Below, piece after piece: positions 29,100 to 39,283 of a stretch of DNA of 64,000 nt. The notes below the pieces were generated by a model. It was not told the DNA's origin, searched no databases, and saw nothing but the letters and a program-made list of their open reading frames with translations. The number at the start of each line of letters is the position of its first letter. Positions within the stretch are counted from its first letter, which is position 1. The translations under genes were made by a program, and so were the position numbers. Source of the stretch: an uncultured Rikenellaceae bacterium (lineage in GTDB: Bacteria > Bacteroidota > Bacteroidia > Bacteroidales > VadinHA17); contig CAYSXP010000012.1 of the NCBI GenBank assembly GCA_964435015.1, positions 32,000 to 95,999 of the forward strand. The letters are read 5' to 3'.

Positions 29100-29930
29100 T
29101 CAGGCACCTGATATAAATCCGCGGATGCTTTCCTCCGTCTTTTCAATGTATAACTGCCTGAGTTTCTCAATCAGGGCGACATCGGTTCTGAAGTTCACAT
29201 CGCCGATACAACAAAAAGGCAGTACCATCGGCGAGGTTCCGGTCATAAACACTGCCTCGAATTCGCTTATGGAACCGGCAGGCACACACCGGAACACCAC
29301 CTCTTTATGATGGTCCCTGCAAATATCCAGGATATACTTCCTGGTAATCCCGTTCAACACGGTATCATCGGGTGCTGTTGTAAGTGTTTCGCCTTTCAGG
29401 AAAAAAATATTCGACCTGCTGCCTTCGGTCACACAACCGTTATCATTCACGAGAAGGGCCTCATAACCGCCTTCCAGGATGAGCCGGTGATAAATTGATG
29501 ACCTGAGCCTGTGATTAATGACCTTGGATTCCGGTTCTTTTCTTTCCGCACGGAACAGTATCCCCCTGACACCCCTCGCATACTGTTCTTCTGAAGGATA
29601 AATTGGTTCAATAAAATACGCGAGATAATTGCCTGAACCCTGATTGTAATTAAATACTATTTTCAGGTTGATTTCTTTTCTTTTCTCTGTTTTTAAAAGA
29701 TTTATGAAATCCTTTCTTATCATCTGCCTGTCAGCCAGGGCCTTTTTATTTTTTATCCTGGCGCTTGACTCAAGGCGCTCCATATGATCGCTGAAGAATA
29801 CGGGGTTCCCCTTTACGACCCTGATGACCTCATAAACAGAGTCGCCTTCATATACCATCGAATTATCAAATGACTCTGCAGGCTGGAGGGAGCCATTGAG
29901 AATAAATTTCCTGCCGAAACATTCGTTCAT
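29100..29930 (-). CDS. Class IV (fold type IV) PLP aminotransferase / aminodeoxychorismate lyase-like
   Basis: 276 aa with the class IV pattern: YEGDSVYEVIRVVKGNPVFFSDHMERLESS, EGSRSNIFFLKG, VLNGITR. Confidence 0.75.
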   Translation of the reverse strand: MNECFGRKFILNGSLQPAESFDNSMVYEGDSVYEVIRVVKGNPVFFSDHMERLESSARIKNKKALADRQMIRKDFINLLKTEKRKEINLKIVFNYNQGSGNYLAYFIEPIYPSEEQYARGVRGILFRAERKEPESKVINHRLRSSIYHRLILEGGYEALLVNDNGCVTEGSRSNIFFLKGETLTTAPDDTVLNGITRKYILDICRDHHKEVVFRCVPAGSISEFEAVFMTGTSPMVLPFCCIGDVNFRTDVALIEKLRQLYIEKTEESIRGFISGA

Positions 29931-30010
29931 GGGTGGTGATTATCGTAATACAAAAATAGCACAATAGGAATATTCTGCCACTAATTCTCCATATATTAGC
30001 AGTTTTACAG

Positions 30011-31399
30011 ATGAATCCCGCCGAGACAGTGTATGCGATTGTCGACATAGAAACTACCGGGGGTAGTGCAAAGCTTGAGAAAATTACGGAAATTGCCATT
30101 TACCAGCACGACGGATCGAAGATCACGGATGAATTCATTTCGCTGGTAAACCCTGAAAGGAACATACCTTATTTTATTACAAACCTGACCGGGATAACAA
30201 ATGAGATGGTCAGGGGAGCTCCGAAATTCTATGAGATTGCAAAAAAGATAATTGAATTTACTGATGGCCGGACTTTCGTGGCTCACAATGCAAGGTTCGA
30301 CTATTCATTTGTAAGGCAGGAATTCAGCGCATTGGGATACATTTTCAAACGACCGGTTCTGGACACTGTTTCCCTGAGTCGCAGGCTTGTTCCCGGCCAC
30401 CAGTCATACAGTCTCGGCAACATCTGCCGGGATCTGGGAATTGAGATCAACGGAAGGCATCGTGCAGCCGGGGATGCCATGGCCACGGCAAGGCTTTTCG
30501 AGCTGCTTGTTGAGCTTGACGGGGTCCGTGCCGGAAAGCCATCACACCTGTTCAGCAACACAAAAATCTCAAAACTGAATCTCCGTCTCGACATTTCAAA
30601 ACTCGATGAAATTCCGGAAGAAACCGGGATATACTATTTTTACAATGAGCGCGGCGACCTTATTTACATTGGCAAAAGCCGCAATATCAAACAAAGGATA
30701 ATGACTCACCTTTCCAACAATTCTTCAAACCGGAGTATGGAAATGCGTGACATGATAGCGGATATCAGCTGGGAGATAACGGGAAGTGAACTGATTGCCC
30801 TTTTGAAGGAATCATCCGAGATTAAATGCAACAAGCCTGTTTACAACAGGGCCCAGCGCAAAACAGAGCTCCACTGGGGGATTTACTGCTATTACGATGA
30901 CAAAGGCTATCTGAATTTTTCAGTGAGCCACATTACCGGCAGGGATATCCCTCTGGCGGTTTTTGCCTCAAGGGATAAGGCAAAATCGAAACTGGCCGGG
31001 CTGGCAGGCAAGTATGGATTATGCCAGAAACTCACAGGGCAATATGACACATCCGGGCCCTGCTTTCATTACCAGGTTGGTGTCTGCCGCGGTGCATGCT
31101 GCGGAAGCGAACCGGCTGTGAGCTATAATGAGCGTGCAAAAAAAGCTTCCGAAGAGTTCCTGTTCAACTGTAAGAATTTCTTCATAATTGACAGGGGCAG
31201 GTGTGAAGATGAACGCAGTGCCGTGAAGATTGTAAACGGGAAATTCACAGGTTACGGATATTTCAATATCGGCGAAATGGGATTCGGACTGACGGCTTTG
31301 CATGATTGTATAAGGGATTGCAAGGATAACCGCGACATACAGATCATTCTCAAACAATATCTGAGAGGATATAAAGTTGATAAGATTATCGAGTTCTGA
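30011..31399 (+). CDS. DnaQ-like 3'-5' exonuclease fused to GIY-YIG (UvrC/Cho-like) nuclease domain
   Basis: 462 aa. The Exo motifs are YAIVDIETTG, VAHNARFDYSF and HRAAGDAMATARL. The GIY-YIG motif is GIYYFYNERGDLIYIGKSRNIKQR. Confidence 0.8.
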   Translation: MNPAETVYAIVDIETTGGSAKLEKITEIAIYQHDGSKITDEFISLVNPERNIPYFITNLTGITNEMVRGAPKFYEIAKKIIEFTDGRTFVAHNARFDYSFVRQEFSALGYIFKRPVLDTVSLSRRLVPGHQSYSLGNICRDLGIEINGRHRAAGDAMATARLFELLVELDGVRAGKPSHLFSNTKISKLNLRLDISKLDEIPEETGIYYFYNERGDLIYIGKSRNIKQRIMTHLSNNSSNRSMEMRDMIADISWEITGSELIALLKESSEIKCNKPVYNRAQRKTELHWGIYCYYDDKGYLNFSVSHITGRDIPLAVFASRDKAKSKLAGLAGKYGLCQKLTGQYDTSGPCFHYQVGVCRGACCGSEPAVSYNERAKKASEEFLFNCKNFFIIDRGRCEDERSAVKIVNGKFTGYGYFNIGEMGFGLTALHDCIRDCKDNRDIQIILKQYLRGYKVDKIIEF

Positions 31400-31435
31400 T
31401 CATCGTTTAGTTAATACTTTAATACATTCAATGCA

Positions 31436-32086
31436 ATGCCTGTCTTTAAGCGAACCACAAAAAACCTCATTCTCAGAATAGATGAATTCTTCGACAATGT
31501 CGATCTTGGATTGCTTGTGTTCAGGGAGGCTGTCAAGGATTATCTTGAAAAGGACATGGAAGCCTTCGAAAGGCATGTGCAAAAGGTTGGATCCCTTGAA
31601 AGTTCGGCAGACAGGCTGCAGCGTTCAATCGAAAATGAGATGATAACCCATTCAATCCTGCCGCAGCACAGGGGCGAAGTTATCACGCTTATTGACGTGA
31701 TGGATGAGATACTTGACACAATAAAGTCGTCACTCGATGAATTCAGCATTGAACTGCCGGATATTCCCGCATCACTCAACCGCGACTTCCGCAGCATAAC
31801 CGAAGCCTCGGTATCGGCAGGGGAAGAACTTGTCCCGGCTGCAAGAGCCTATTTCAAGGCTCCGTACACGGTGCGCGAGAAACTTTTAAAGGTATATTAT
31901 TTTGAAAGCGAAACAGACAAGATAACAAAAGGCACAAAGAAAATTATTTTTCAGGAGATGAAAGAGCTTGATCTGGCGCATAAGAACCATCTCAGGTACA
32001 TTATCAACCGAATCGGGGATATTTCGGACAATGCCCAGAAGGCTGCGGACCTGCTTTCGGCAATGGCAATAAAGATACTGATGTAG
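31436..32086 (+). CDS. DUF47 family protein (PhoU-like, phosphate transport associated)
   Basis: 216-aa helical protein with the DUF47 arrangement, directly upstream of a PiT transporter gene. Confidence 0.7.
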   Translation: MPVFKRTTKNLILRIDEFFDNVDLGLLVFREAVKDYLEKDMEAFERHVQKVGSLESSADRLQRSIENEMITHSILPQHRGEVITLIDVMDEILDTIKSSLDEFSIELPDIPASLNRDFRSITEASVSAGEELVPAARAYFKAPYTVREKLLKVYYFESETDKITKGTKKIIFQEMKELDLAHKNHLRYIINRIGDISDNAQKAADLLSAMAIKILM

Positions 32087-32230
32087 TCATATTCAATGGA
32101 AGCCGAAGCTGATCAATTGTTTGTCAAATGATGTTTCATTCAATAAAATCCGCCATCTGACCTGCAGGGAACAATACTATTAGGGATCATTGGGGAAAAA
32201 GCGAAGAACACTCAAAAATAATACCGGAAA

Positions 32231-33472
32231 ATGATAATACTGTTTCTGACAAGCGGACTGTTCCTGGGCTGGTCACTTGGGGCCAATGATGCCGCCAATG
32301 TTTTTGGATCGGCAGTGGGCTCAAAAATGATCAGTTTCTGGAAGGCAGCGATCATTGCCTCTGTTTTTGTGATACTGGGTGCAGTATTTCAAGGCTCGGG
32401 AACATCGGAAACACTCAGCAGGCTCGGTGCCGTTAACGCGCTTGGCGGATCCTTCACAGTGGCTCTTGCCGCTGCAGTAACAGTGTACCTGATGGTGAAG
32501 TTTACCATTCCGGTCTCTTCCACCCAGTCAATAGTGGGAGCGATCATCGGCTGGAACCTGTTTACGGGAAACACCACTGATAAAACTGTCCTTTCACAGA
32601 TTGTGACAACATGGATAAGCGGACCGGTGCTTGGAGCAATATTTGCAGTGATACTCGTGAGTATTCTGATGAAAGTAAAGAAGAAAGCCGGGATCCACCT
32701 TATCCGGTTCGAATCATACATAAGGATCAGTCTCATCATTGCAGGTGCATTTGGTGCATACAGCCTGGGCGCCAATAATATTGCAAATGTAATGGGTGTA
32801 TTTGTCCCTGCCTTTCACCTCCAGGAGCTCAACCTCGGATTATTCCACCTGTCCTCCTCACAACAGCTGTTCCTCCTGGGCGGACTGGCAATTGCGGCCG
32901 GCATCCTCTCATATTCCGGCAGACTGATGCAGGTGGTGGGAAGCAGTATCGTTGAGCTTTCGTCTGAAGCTGCCCTTGTAGTTGTTCTTTCCCAGGGCAT
33001 TGTGTTGTTCCTGTTTTCCTCATCCGCCATTTCTGAATTCCTTGACAGCATCGGCCTTTTTCCCCTTCCCCTGGTCCCGGTATCCAGCACACAGGTAGTG
33101 ATCGGAAGCATCATCGGCATCGGGTTTTACAAGGGAGCAAGAAACATTAATTTCAGGCTGCTGGGCAGCATCGCAGCGGGCTGGCTGATCACCCCAGTAT
33201 TTTCAGGAGCACTTGCCTGCCTTTCTTTGTACTTTGTAAAGAACATTTTCGGCATTGAAACAGGAAGCCGCATCAGTTCAGACACAATTTCAGGCATTGC
33301 CGAAGGATCAGCTTTTATCAATGATGCAAAGGCATCTGAAATACTGCGTTATTTCATAATTGGCATACTGATAGCCGGGGTGGTTTCATTACTGCTTTAC
33401 TATATCTTTGACAGAAAAAAGAAAATCGAGTTCCAGAGATCCGAAGAGAAATTCTGGAATAATCTTAAATAG
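32231..33472 (+). CDS. Inorganic phosphate transporter (PiT/PHO4 family)
   Basis: 413-aa polytopic protein with duplicated PiT signatures GANDAANVFGSAVGS and GANNIANVMG. Confidence 0.85.
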   Translation: MIILFLTSGLFLGWSLGANDAANVFGSAVGSKMISFWKAAIIASVFVILGAVFQGSGTSETLSRLGAVNALGGSFTVALAAAVTVYLMVKFTIPVSSTQSIVGAIIGWNLFTGNTTDKTVLSQIVTTWISGPVLGAIFAVILVSILMKVKKKAGIHLIRFESYIRISLIIAGAFGAYSLGANNIANVMGVFVPAFHLQELNLGLFHLSSSQQLFLLGGLAIAAGILSYSGRLMQVVGSSIVELSSEAALVVVLSQGIVLFLFSSSAISEFLDSIGLFPLPLVPVSSTQVVIGSIIGIGFYKGARNINFRLLGSIAAGWLITPVFSGALACLSLYFVKNIFGIETGSRISSDTISGIAEGSAFINDAKASEILRYFIIGILIAGVVSLLLYYIFDRKKKIEFQRSEEKFWNNLK

Positions 33473-33635
33473 ACTTACCGGCACAGAGCACCTGAATCAC
33501 ACAAAACCGGCGGAGTGAATTGTTAAAATATCTGAACCATGCTGCAATGTTCCGGCAGGGTTGCGCAAATCGGAAAGGCTGCTTCATGGTATAAGGATGA
33601 ACCCTGTGCCCGCTTTTTAAATTATCTTGTAATCA

Positions 33636-34364
33636 ATGGTTGCAACTATGAATATGATTATTGAAGAGCTCAGGCAGGAACTGATCAGGAATTCAGAGGA
33701 AAGAAACAGGATCTCAGGCAAAAGATTCTTTAAGGAAGAAGTCAGGTTGTATGGAGTAAAGTCGGCCTTCGTTTCAGATATCGCCAAAAAAGCCTATAAA
33801 AACATCCCTGACAAAAGCAGGGATCACATATTCAGTCTTTGTGAAGATCTGTGGAAATCAGGAATGCTCGAGGAATCATTTATAGCCTGCAACTGGTCCT
33901 ATAATGTCAGAAAGGAATATGAACCATCTGATATTGAAGTATTCGGAGGCTGGATTGACAGGTACGTGTCCAACTGGGCCTCCTGCGACACTTTGTGCAA
34001 CCACACCGTAGGGGCGCTTGCAGAGATGTATCCCCTCACAATCGGGGAGCTCATAAACTGGACCGGCTCAGGGAACCGCTGGAAGAGGAGAGCTTCGGCC
34101 GTATCGCTGATCGTCCCTTCCCGGAAAGGATTATATCTTGATGAGGTTTTTAAAATTGCTGATATTCTCATTCAGGATGAGGATGATATGGTGCGCAAAG
34201 GGTATGGATGGATGCTGAAATCTGCGAGTCATCTTCATAAGATGGAAGTATTTGATTATGTTTACAGGAACAAGAGAATCATGCCCCGAACATCCCTTAG
34301 GTATGCAATTGAAAAAATGCCTGAGGAGTTGAGAGTTAAAGCAATGGAAAAAGACAGGGGATGA
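33636..34364 (+). CDS. DNA alkylation repair protein (AlkD-like HEAT-repeat family)
   Basis: 242 aa with GKRFFKEEVRLYGV, NRWKRRASAVSLI and DEDDMVRKGYGWMLKSAS, typical of the family. Confidence 0.75.
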   Translation: MVATMNMIIEELRQELIRNSEERNRISGKRFFKEEVRLYGVKSAFVSDIAKKAYKNIPDKSRDHIFSLCEDLWKSGMLEESFIACNWSYNVRKEYEPSDIEVFGGWIDRYVSNWASCDTLCNHTVGALAEMYPLTIGELINWTGSGNRWKRRASAVSLIVPSRKGLYLDEVFKIADILIQDEDDMVRKGYGWMLKSASHLHKMEVFDYVYRNKRIMPRTSLRYAIEKMPEELRVKAMEKDRG

Positions 34365-35755
34365 TCTCATATATCCGGGATGCCATGAAGGCAAATCTTT
34401 CAATATTCCTGATTATGCTTGGCTTTACCAACATTTATTGTCAGAATAACAATATGAATGAGACTATTTTACGATCAGTAAGCGAAATAAAGGGGCATTA
34501 CCATAAAGTTTACACCGATCTTCACAGTAATCCTGAACTATCCCTTATGGAGGAAAGGACCTCCGCAATAATGGCGGAAAACCTTGAGAAGCTTGGCTTT
34601 GAAACCACCCGCGGTATTGGCGGCTACGGAGTTGCGGGCATTTTCGTCAATGGCGCCGGAAAGACGGTGATGTTACGCACTGACATGGATGCCTTGCCGG
34701 TAAAAGAGACTTCCGGGCTTTCATATGCAAGCACGGTAACAATGAAGGATATGAACGGCAGGGAGAGCCCCGTGATGCATGCCTGCGGGCATGATTTGCA
34801 TATGTCGGTCTGGCTCGGAACGCTGAACACCCTGGTCAGGATGAAAGATCACTGGAGCGGTACGCTGATGGCTGTAGCGCAGCCTGCAGAGGAAGGTATG
34901 AGAGGTGCCGAAGCCATGCTGAAGGATAATCTGTACGTCAGGTTCCCGGTGCCCGACTGTGCGTTGTGCTACCATGTGAGTGCAGATTTGCCGGCCGGCA
35001 GCATAGGTTATTTTCCGGGGCCGATTTTTGCGGGAGTGACCTCGGCCCAGATTACTGTTTACGGTATCGGAGGACACGGAGCCATGCCACACAACACCAT
35101 TGATCCCATTGTTATTGCAGCGCGTATAATTCTTGATATCCAGACAATTGTAAGCCGTGAAATAAACCCGGTAAAACCTGCTGTCGTAACTGTCGGAGCA
35201 ATAAATGGAGGCACGAGGGCGAATGTTATTCCCGATGAAGTGAAAATGCTGCTGACGATAAGATATTTTGAAGAGGACGTGTTACGGACCATAAAGGAAG
35301 CCCTGATGAATATTACCCGTGGTGCAGCAATAGCTGCGGGCCTTCCGGAAGATAAAATGCCTCTGGTCACTTTCGGCAGCGATGCTGATCTGCCCGTGTC
35401 AAATGATCCTGAACTTGTGATGAACTGCGTAAGCTCGATGAGCGGCATTCTCGGAGAAAGAAGCCTTACAAAGGTTGAACCGGCGACGGTAGCAGAGGAT
35501 TTCGGGAAATATGGCCAGACAGCGGAAAAAGTACCCATTGCACTTTTCTGGCTGGGAGGAGTAAACAGGCAAAAGTATGAAGATCATCTTAACAGGGGGA
35601 CGCCGCTGCCCTCCCTTCACAATTCATCTTTTGCACCTGATTTTGAGCCTGCCTTCAGTGCCGGGGTTGCCGCCATGTCGAAGTCAGTGATCGGTATTCT
35701 TTCAAATAATACAGGCAGCCGGCAGCAAAAGGCAGACCGGTATTTGAACAAATAA
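34361..35755 (+). CDS. M20D family amidohydrolase (N-acyl-amino acid amidohydrolase-like), exported
   Basis: 464 aa with metal-binding context MHACGHDLHM and an M20 dimerisation insert. It has an N-terminal signal-like segment. Its start overlaps the upstream stop (ATGA). Confidence 0.8.
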   Translation: MISYIRDAMKANLSIFLIMLGFTNIYCQNNNMNETILRSVSEIKGHYHKVYTDLHSNPELSLMEERTSAIMAENLEKLGFETTRGIGGYGVAGIFVNGAGKTVMLRTDMDALPVKETSGLSYASTVTMKDMNGRESPVMHACGHDLHMSVWLGTLNTLVRMKDHWSGTLMAVAQPAEEGMRGAEAMLKDNLYVRFPVPDCALCYHVSADLPAGSIGYFPGPIFAGVTSAQITVYGIGGHGAMPHNTIDPIVIAARIILDIQTIVSREINPVKPAVVTVGAINGGTRANVIPDEVKMLLTIRYFEEDVLRTIKEALMNITRGAAIAAGLPEDKMPLVTFGSDADLPVSNDPELVMNCVSSMSGILGERSLTKVEPATVAEDFGKYGQTAEKVPIALFWLGGVNRQKYEDHLNRGTPLPSLHNSSFAPDFEPAFSAGVAAMSKSVIGILSNNTGSRQQKADRYLNK

Positions 35756-35771
35756 ACACAAACAGACTACA

Positions 35772-37460
35772 ATGAAATTGCAGTTTATCCTTGCAGGTGT
35801 AATTTTACTTAACATTTCCCTTTATTCCCAGGACAGGATAACCGGGAGGGATTTCGCAACCCGGTCGGAAGTCATGGCACAGAATGGTATGGCTGCTACC
35901 AGTCAGCCGCTGGCAACCCAGGTAGCACTTGACATACTCAAGAGAGGGGGAAACGCAATTGATGCTGCCATAGCGGCGAATGCCGTATTGGGTGTTGTGG
36001 AGCCCACCGGATGCGGTATTGGAGGCGACCTGTTTGCGATTATCTGGAGTGCTGAGAAAGGGCGTCTCTATGGTCTGAATGCCAGCGGGAAATCGCCCAG
36101 GAGGCTCAGGCTCGAATATTTTCGCAATAATCATATTGAAAAGATCCCTTCCTATGGTCCCCTGCCTGTTTCTGTCCCCGGCTGTGTCGACGGATGGTTT
36201 GAGATGCATGAAATGTTTGGCCGGCTTCAGATGAAGGACATTCTTCAGCCCGCGATCAATTACGCCCGCAACGGCTTCCCGGTAAGTGAGATCATTGCAT
36301 ATTACCTCGACAGGAACACCCGGCTGCTTAAAGACTATCCGAACATAAGGGAAACATATATGCCCGGGGGCAAATCGCCATCCAAGGGGGAGATTTTCAA
36401 AAATCCGTTTCTGGCAGGCACGCTCGAAAAGATTGCAAAGGGGGGAAGGAATGAGTTTTACAGGGGCAGCATTGCAAAGGCCATTGACGTTTTTATGAAG
36501 TCGCAGGGCGGATTTCTCAGTTATGATGACCTGGCCAGGCATCATTCCGAATGGATTGAACCGGTGAGTACGTCGTACAGGGGTTATGAAGTATGGGAGC
36601 TTCCGCCCAACGGACAGGGAATTGCCGCGCTCCAGATCCTCAATATCCTCGAAGGTTTTAATATTGCTTCCATGGGATTTGGCTCAAGCGAATATATACA
36701 TGTTTTCACGGAAGCCAAAAAGCTGGCTTTCGAGGACAGGGCGAGGTATTATGCCGATCCTCTTTTCAGCTCCGTGCCGGTGTCGCGGCTCATATCGAAA
36801 AAATATGCTGCAGAAAGGAGGAAGCTTATAGATCCTGAAAGGGCGGCAAAGATATATGATCCTGGCAAGCCGGAAGCCGGAAATACGATTTACCTTACTG
36901 TTGCCGACAGGTTTGGCAACATGGTTTCGCTGATACAAAGCAATTACAGGGGCATGGGTTCCGGCATGTGTCCGCCGGGTCTCGGCTTTGTGCTTCAGGA
37001 CAGGGGCGAGATGTTCAGCCTTGCCGAAGGTCATGCGAATGTATATGCCCCCGGGAAGCGGCCTTTTCATACCATAATACCAGCCTTTATTACCAGGAAG
37101 GGCAAGCCGTGGGTCAGTTTCGGAGTGATGGGCGGGGACATGCAGCCGCAGGGTCATGCACAGATTGTTGTCAACCTGATTGATTTCAAAATGAATCTTC
37201 AGGAAGCCGGGGACGCTCCCAGGATCCATCATACAGGATCATCCGAACCCACCGGTGAGCAGATGACCGGCGGAGGGATATTGCTTCTTGAAAACGGCTT
37301 CAGGTGGGAAGTGATTCAGAAGCTTCTAAGCATGGGGCATACCATCCAATGGGATCTGGGCGGTTACGGAGGCTATCAGGCCATAATGCTGGATGAGCGC
37401 AACAAGGTATGGTACGGTGCCTCGGAATCAAGAAAAGACGGACAGGCAGCAGGGTATTAA
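35772..37460 (+). CDS. ggt: Gamma-glutamyltransferase
   Basis: 562 aa with a signal peptide, TGCGIGGDLFAI, the autoprocessing/nucleophile region GNTIYLTVADRFGNMVSLIQSNY, and GVMGGDMQPQGH. Confidence 0.9.
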   Translation: MKLQFILAGVILLNISLYSQDRITGRDFATRSEVMAQNGMAATSQPLATQVALDILKRGGNAIDAAIAANAVLGVVEPTGCGIGGDLFAIIWSAEKGRLYGLNASGKSPRRLRLEYFRNNHIEKIPSYGPLPVSVPGCVDGWFEMHEMFGRLQMKDILQPAINYARNGFPVSEIIAYYLDRNTRLLKDYPNIRETYMPGGKSPSKGEIFKNPFLAGTLEKIAKGGRNEFYRGSIAKAIDVFMKSQGGFLSYDDLARHHSEWIEPVSTSYRGYEVWELPPNGQGIAALQILNILEGFNIASMGFGSSEYIHVFTEAKKLAFEDRARYYADPLFSSVPVSRLISKKYAAERRKLIDPERAAKIYDPGKPEAGNTIYLTVADRFGNMVSLIQSNYRGMGSGMCPPGLGFVLQDRGEMFSLAEGHANVYAPGKRPFHTIIPAFITRKGKPWVSFGVMGGDMQPQGHAQIVVNLIDFKMNLQEAGDAPRIHHTGSSEPTGEQMTGGGILLLENGFRWEVIQKLLSMGHTIQWDLGGYGGYQAIMLDERNKVWYGASESRKDGQAAGY

Positions 37461-37495
37461 AAATAAATGGCCCGGTCCGCAAAAATCACCCTGAA

Positions 37496-38989
37496 CTAAT
37501 TAATGTTAAGCTGCATTTCCGGTTTGGATTCTTTAACTTCCAGAACCAGGGTATTTCCGCCTTTTTCGAGATTTATGTCGTGCGGTTTGTTTGTCTTCCA
37601 CGATCCACCCGTAAAGTCGGGGACATCAATGGATTGGGAACGGTTTGCAACTGACCATTCACTGAGTGGGGCGATTGCGCTCCACAAAGCGCCGTCATAT
37701 ACATCCTGATCGAGAGGCAATCCGTTCCTCAGGCAGTCAATCAGCCTCCAGTCCATTATAAAGTCCATCCCCCCGTGGCCTCCGACTTTTTTTGCCAGCT
37801 CCCCCACCCTTTTTATTATTTCAGGTGTAAACTTTCCGATAACATCTTCCATCTCCTTTTCACCAATCCATTCATGGCCCAGCGCAATCCTTTCGGGTTC
37901 GGGATATTTTATGGCGGCGCCCGATGTGCCGCTTATCACATGCAGGCGCGAATAAGGACGCACGGATGATATGTCATGCTGAATCATGATGGTCCTGCCC
38001 AGGCTTGTTTTCACAAGTGAAGTATTCATGTTGCCCCTGTAAGGCCTGCCGACATACGGTTTATAGAATTCATCGCCTGCTGCCAGCCTGGAGGCGTAGC
38101 TTCCGAGCGTGAAATCATTGGTCGACATTGATGTAAGATAATCCATTTTGTCACCCCGGTTAATGTTCATCACCTGGCACACGGGTCCGAGGCCGTGGGT
38201 CGGGTACAGATTGCCGGTTCTGTCTGCATTCTCCTTAAGCCTCCACATGTCAGTGTAGGCGTTGTCCGCCTGCCTGGAATCGTCGGGCTTTCTGAAGATC
38301 ATGTCAACCAGGTTATGAATGTAGGCGCCTTCACCATGAACGAGATCACCAAACATACCCTGTCTGGCCATATTCAGGGTAAGCAATTCAAAAAAATCGT
38401 AGCAGCAGTTCTCAAGCATCATGCAATGCTTCCTTGTCCTTTCCGACGTCTCTACAAGCTGCCAGCATTCATCAATGGTACGTGCAACCGGCACCTCGCA
38501 GGCCACATGCTTACCGTTCTCCATGGCATAAACCGCAACCGGTGTGTGCATCACCCAGGGGGTGCACTGATAAATCAAATCAATACCTGGCATCTCTGCA
38601 AGCTTCTTCCAGCTGTCTTCCGTTCCAAAAAACTCTTCGGCCCCGGGACGTCCGACACTCCGGAGATAATTCTGCGATGATTTCACAGCCACCTCCCTCT
38701 TATCACACAGAGCCCTGATCTCGACACCCTCGATGTACGAAAGCCTCTGCACGGCCCCGCTGCCCCTGTCACCCAGGCCAATAATGCCAACACGTACCAC
38801 CGGCAATGGCGGAGCGGCATAACCCGACATGTTGAATTTCTGTGTATGGGATTTTTTTACTGCTTCAATTATTCCGGCCAGATTTGATTCTGCTTCTTTT
38901 GGCGCACAGCCCTGGAGAATACTGCCGACAAAAGCACCTGCCCCGGCAAGTGATGAATTTCTCAGGAAATCACGGCGATTGCTTTTCAT
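37496..38989 (-). CDS. GH109-like NAD-dependent glycosidase (Gfo/Idh/MocA fold, alpha-N-acetylgalactosaminidase family), TAT-exported
   Basis: 497 aa with TAT signal NRRDFLRNSSLAGAGA. The blocks VRVGIIGLGDRG, MLENCCYDFFELL, GMFGDLVHGEGAY, LYPTHGLGPV and GGHGGMDF match the GH109 prototype as I recall it. Confidence 0.75.
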   Translation of the reverse strand: MKSNRRDFLRNSSLAGAGAFVGSILQGCAPKEAESNLAGIIEAVKKSHTQKFNMSGYAAPPLPVVRVGIIGLGDRGSGAVQRLSYIEGVEIRALCDKREVAVKSSQNYLRSVGRPGAEEFFGTEDSWKKLAEMPGIDLIYQCTPWVMHTPVAVYAMENGKHVACEVPVARTIDECWQLVETSERTRKHCMMLENCCYDFFELLTLNMARQGMFGDLVHGEGAYIHNLVDMIFRKPDDSRQADNAYTDMWRLKENADRTGNLYPTHGLGPVCQVMNINRGDKMDYLTSMSTNDFTLGSYASRLAAGDEFYKPYVGRPYRGNMNTSLVKTSLGRTIMIQHDISSVRPYSRLHVISGTSGAAIKYPEPERIALGHEWIGEKEMEDVIGKFTPEIIKRVGELAKKVGGHGGMDFIMDWRLIDCLRNGLPLDQDVYDGALWSAIAPLSEWSVANRSQSIDVPDFTGGSWKTNKPHDINLEKGGNTLVLEVKESKPEMQLNIN

Positions 38990-39283
38990 AATGTAACTGT
39001 ATTCAGTTTAAATAATGGATTTATTCCCCGAATTTACAAATTTTTTAAATACAGGGGAGTGTAATTTACACCTGCCGATAAAACAATGGCTGAAACTGAT
39101 CCTGGCACCTCAGGGGAAGGCAAGCATCATTCAAGGCGAATCCGGCCGGTTGAGCACAGGCGGAACCGGGGCCCGGAGCTGGTGATTTATATGCAGGGGC
39201 TGGTCCGCAGGTTCTGCCTGCAGCATGAAAGCCGGATGGGACACCATGGCTGCAGGACAAATGCGCCAGTTTCCGGGCGACGC

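Noticed and set aside
35805-36545. Long antisense ORFs inside well-supported genes (246 aa here; also 17285-17932, 18697-19275, 44306-44863, 53251-53748, 38195-38680 and 7093-7590)
   Set aside because: Each lies fully inside and opposite to a gene with strong family motifs. The translations are Arg/Pro/Gly-rich with no motifs, signal peptides or start contexts. These are typical shadow ORFs.
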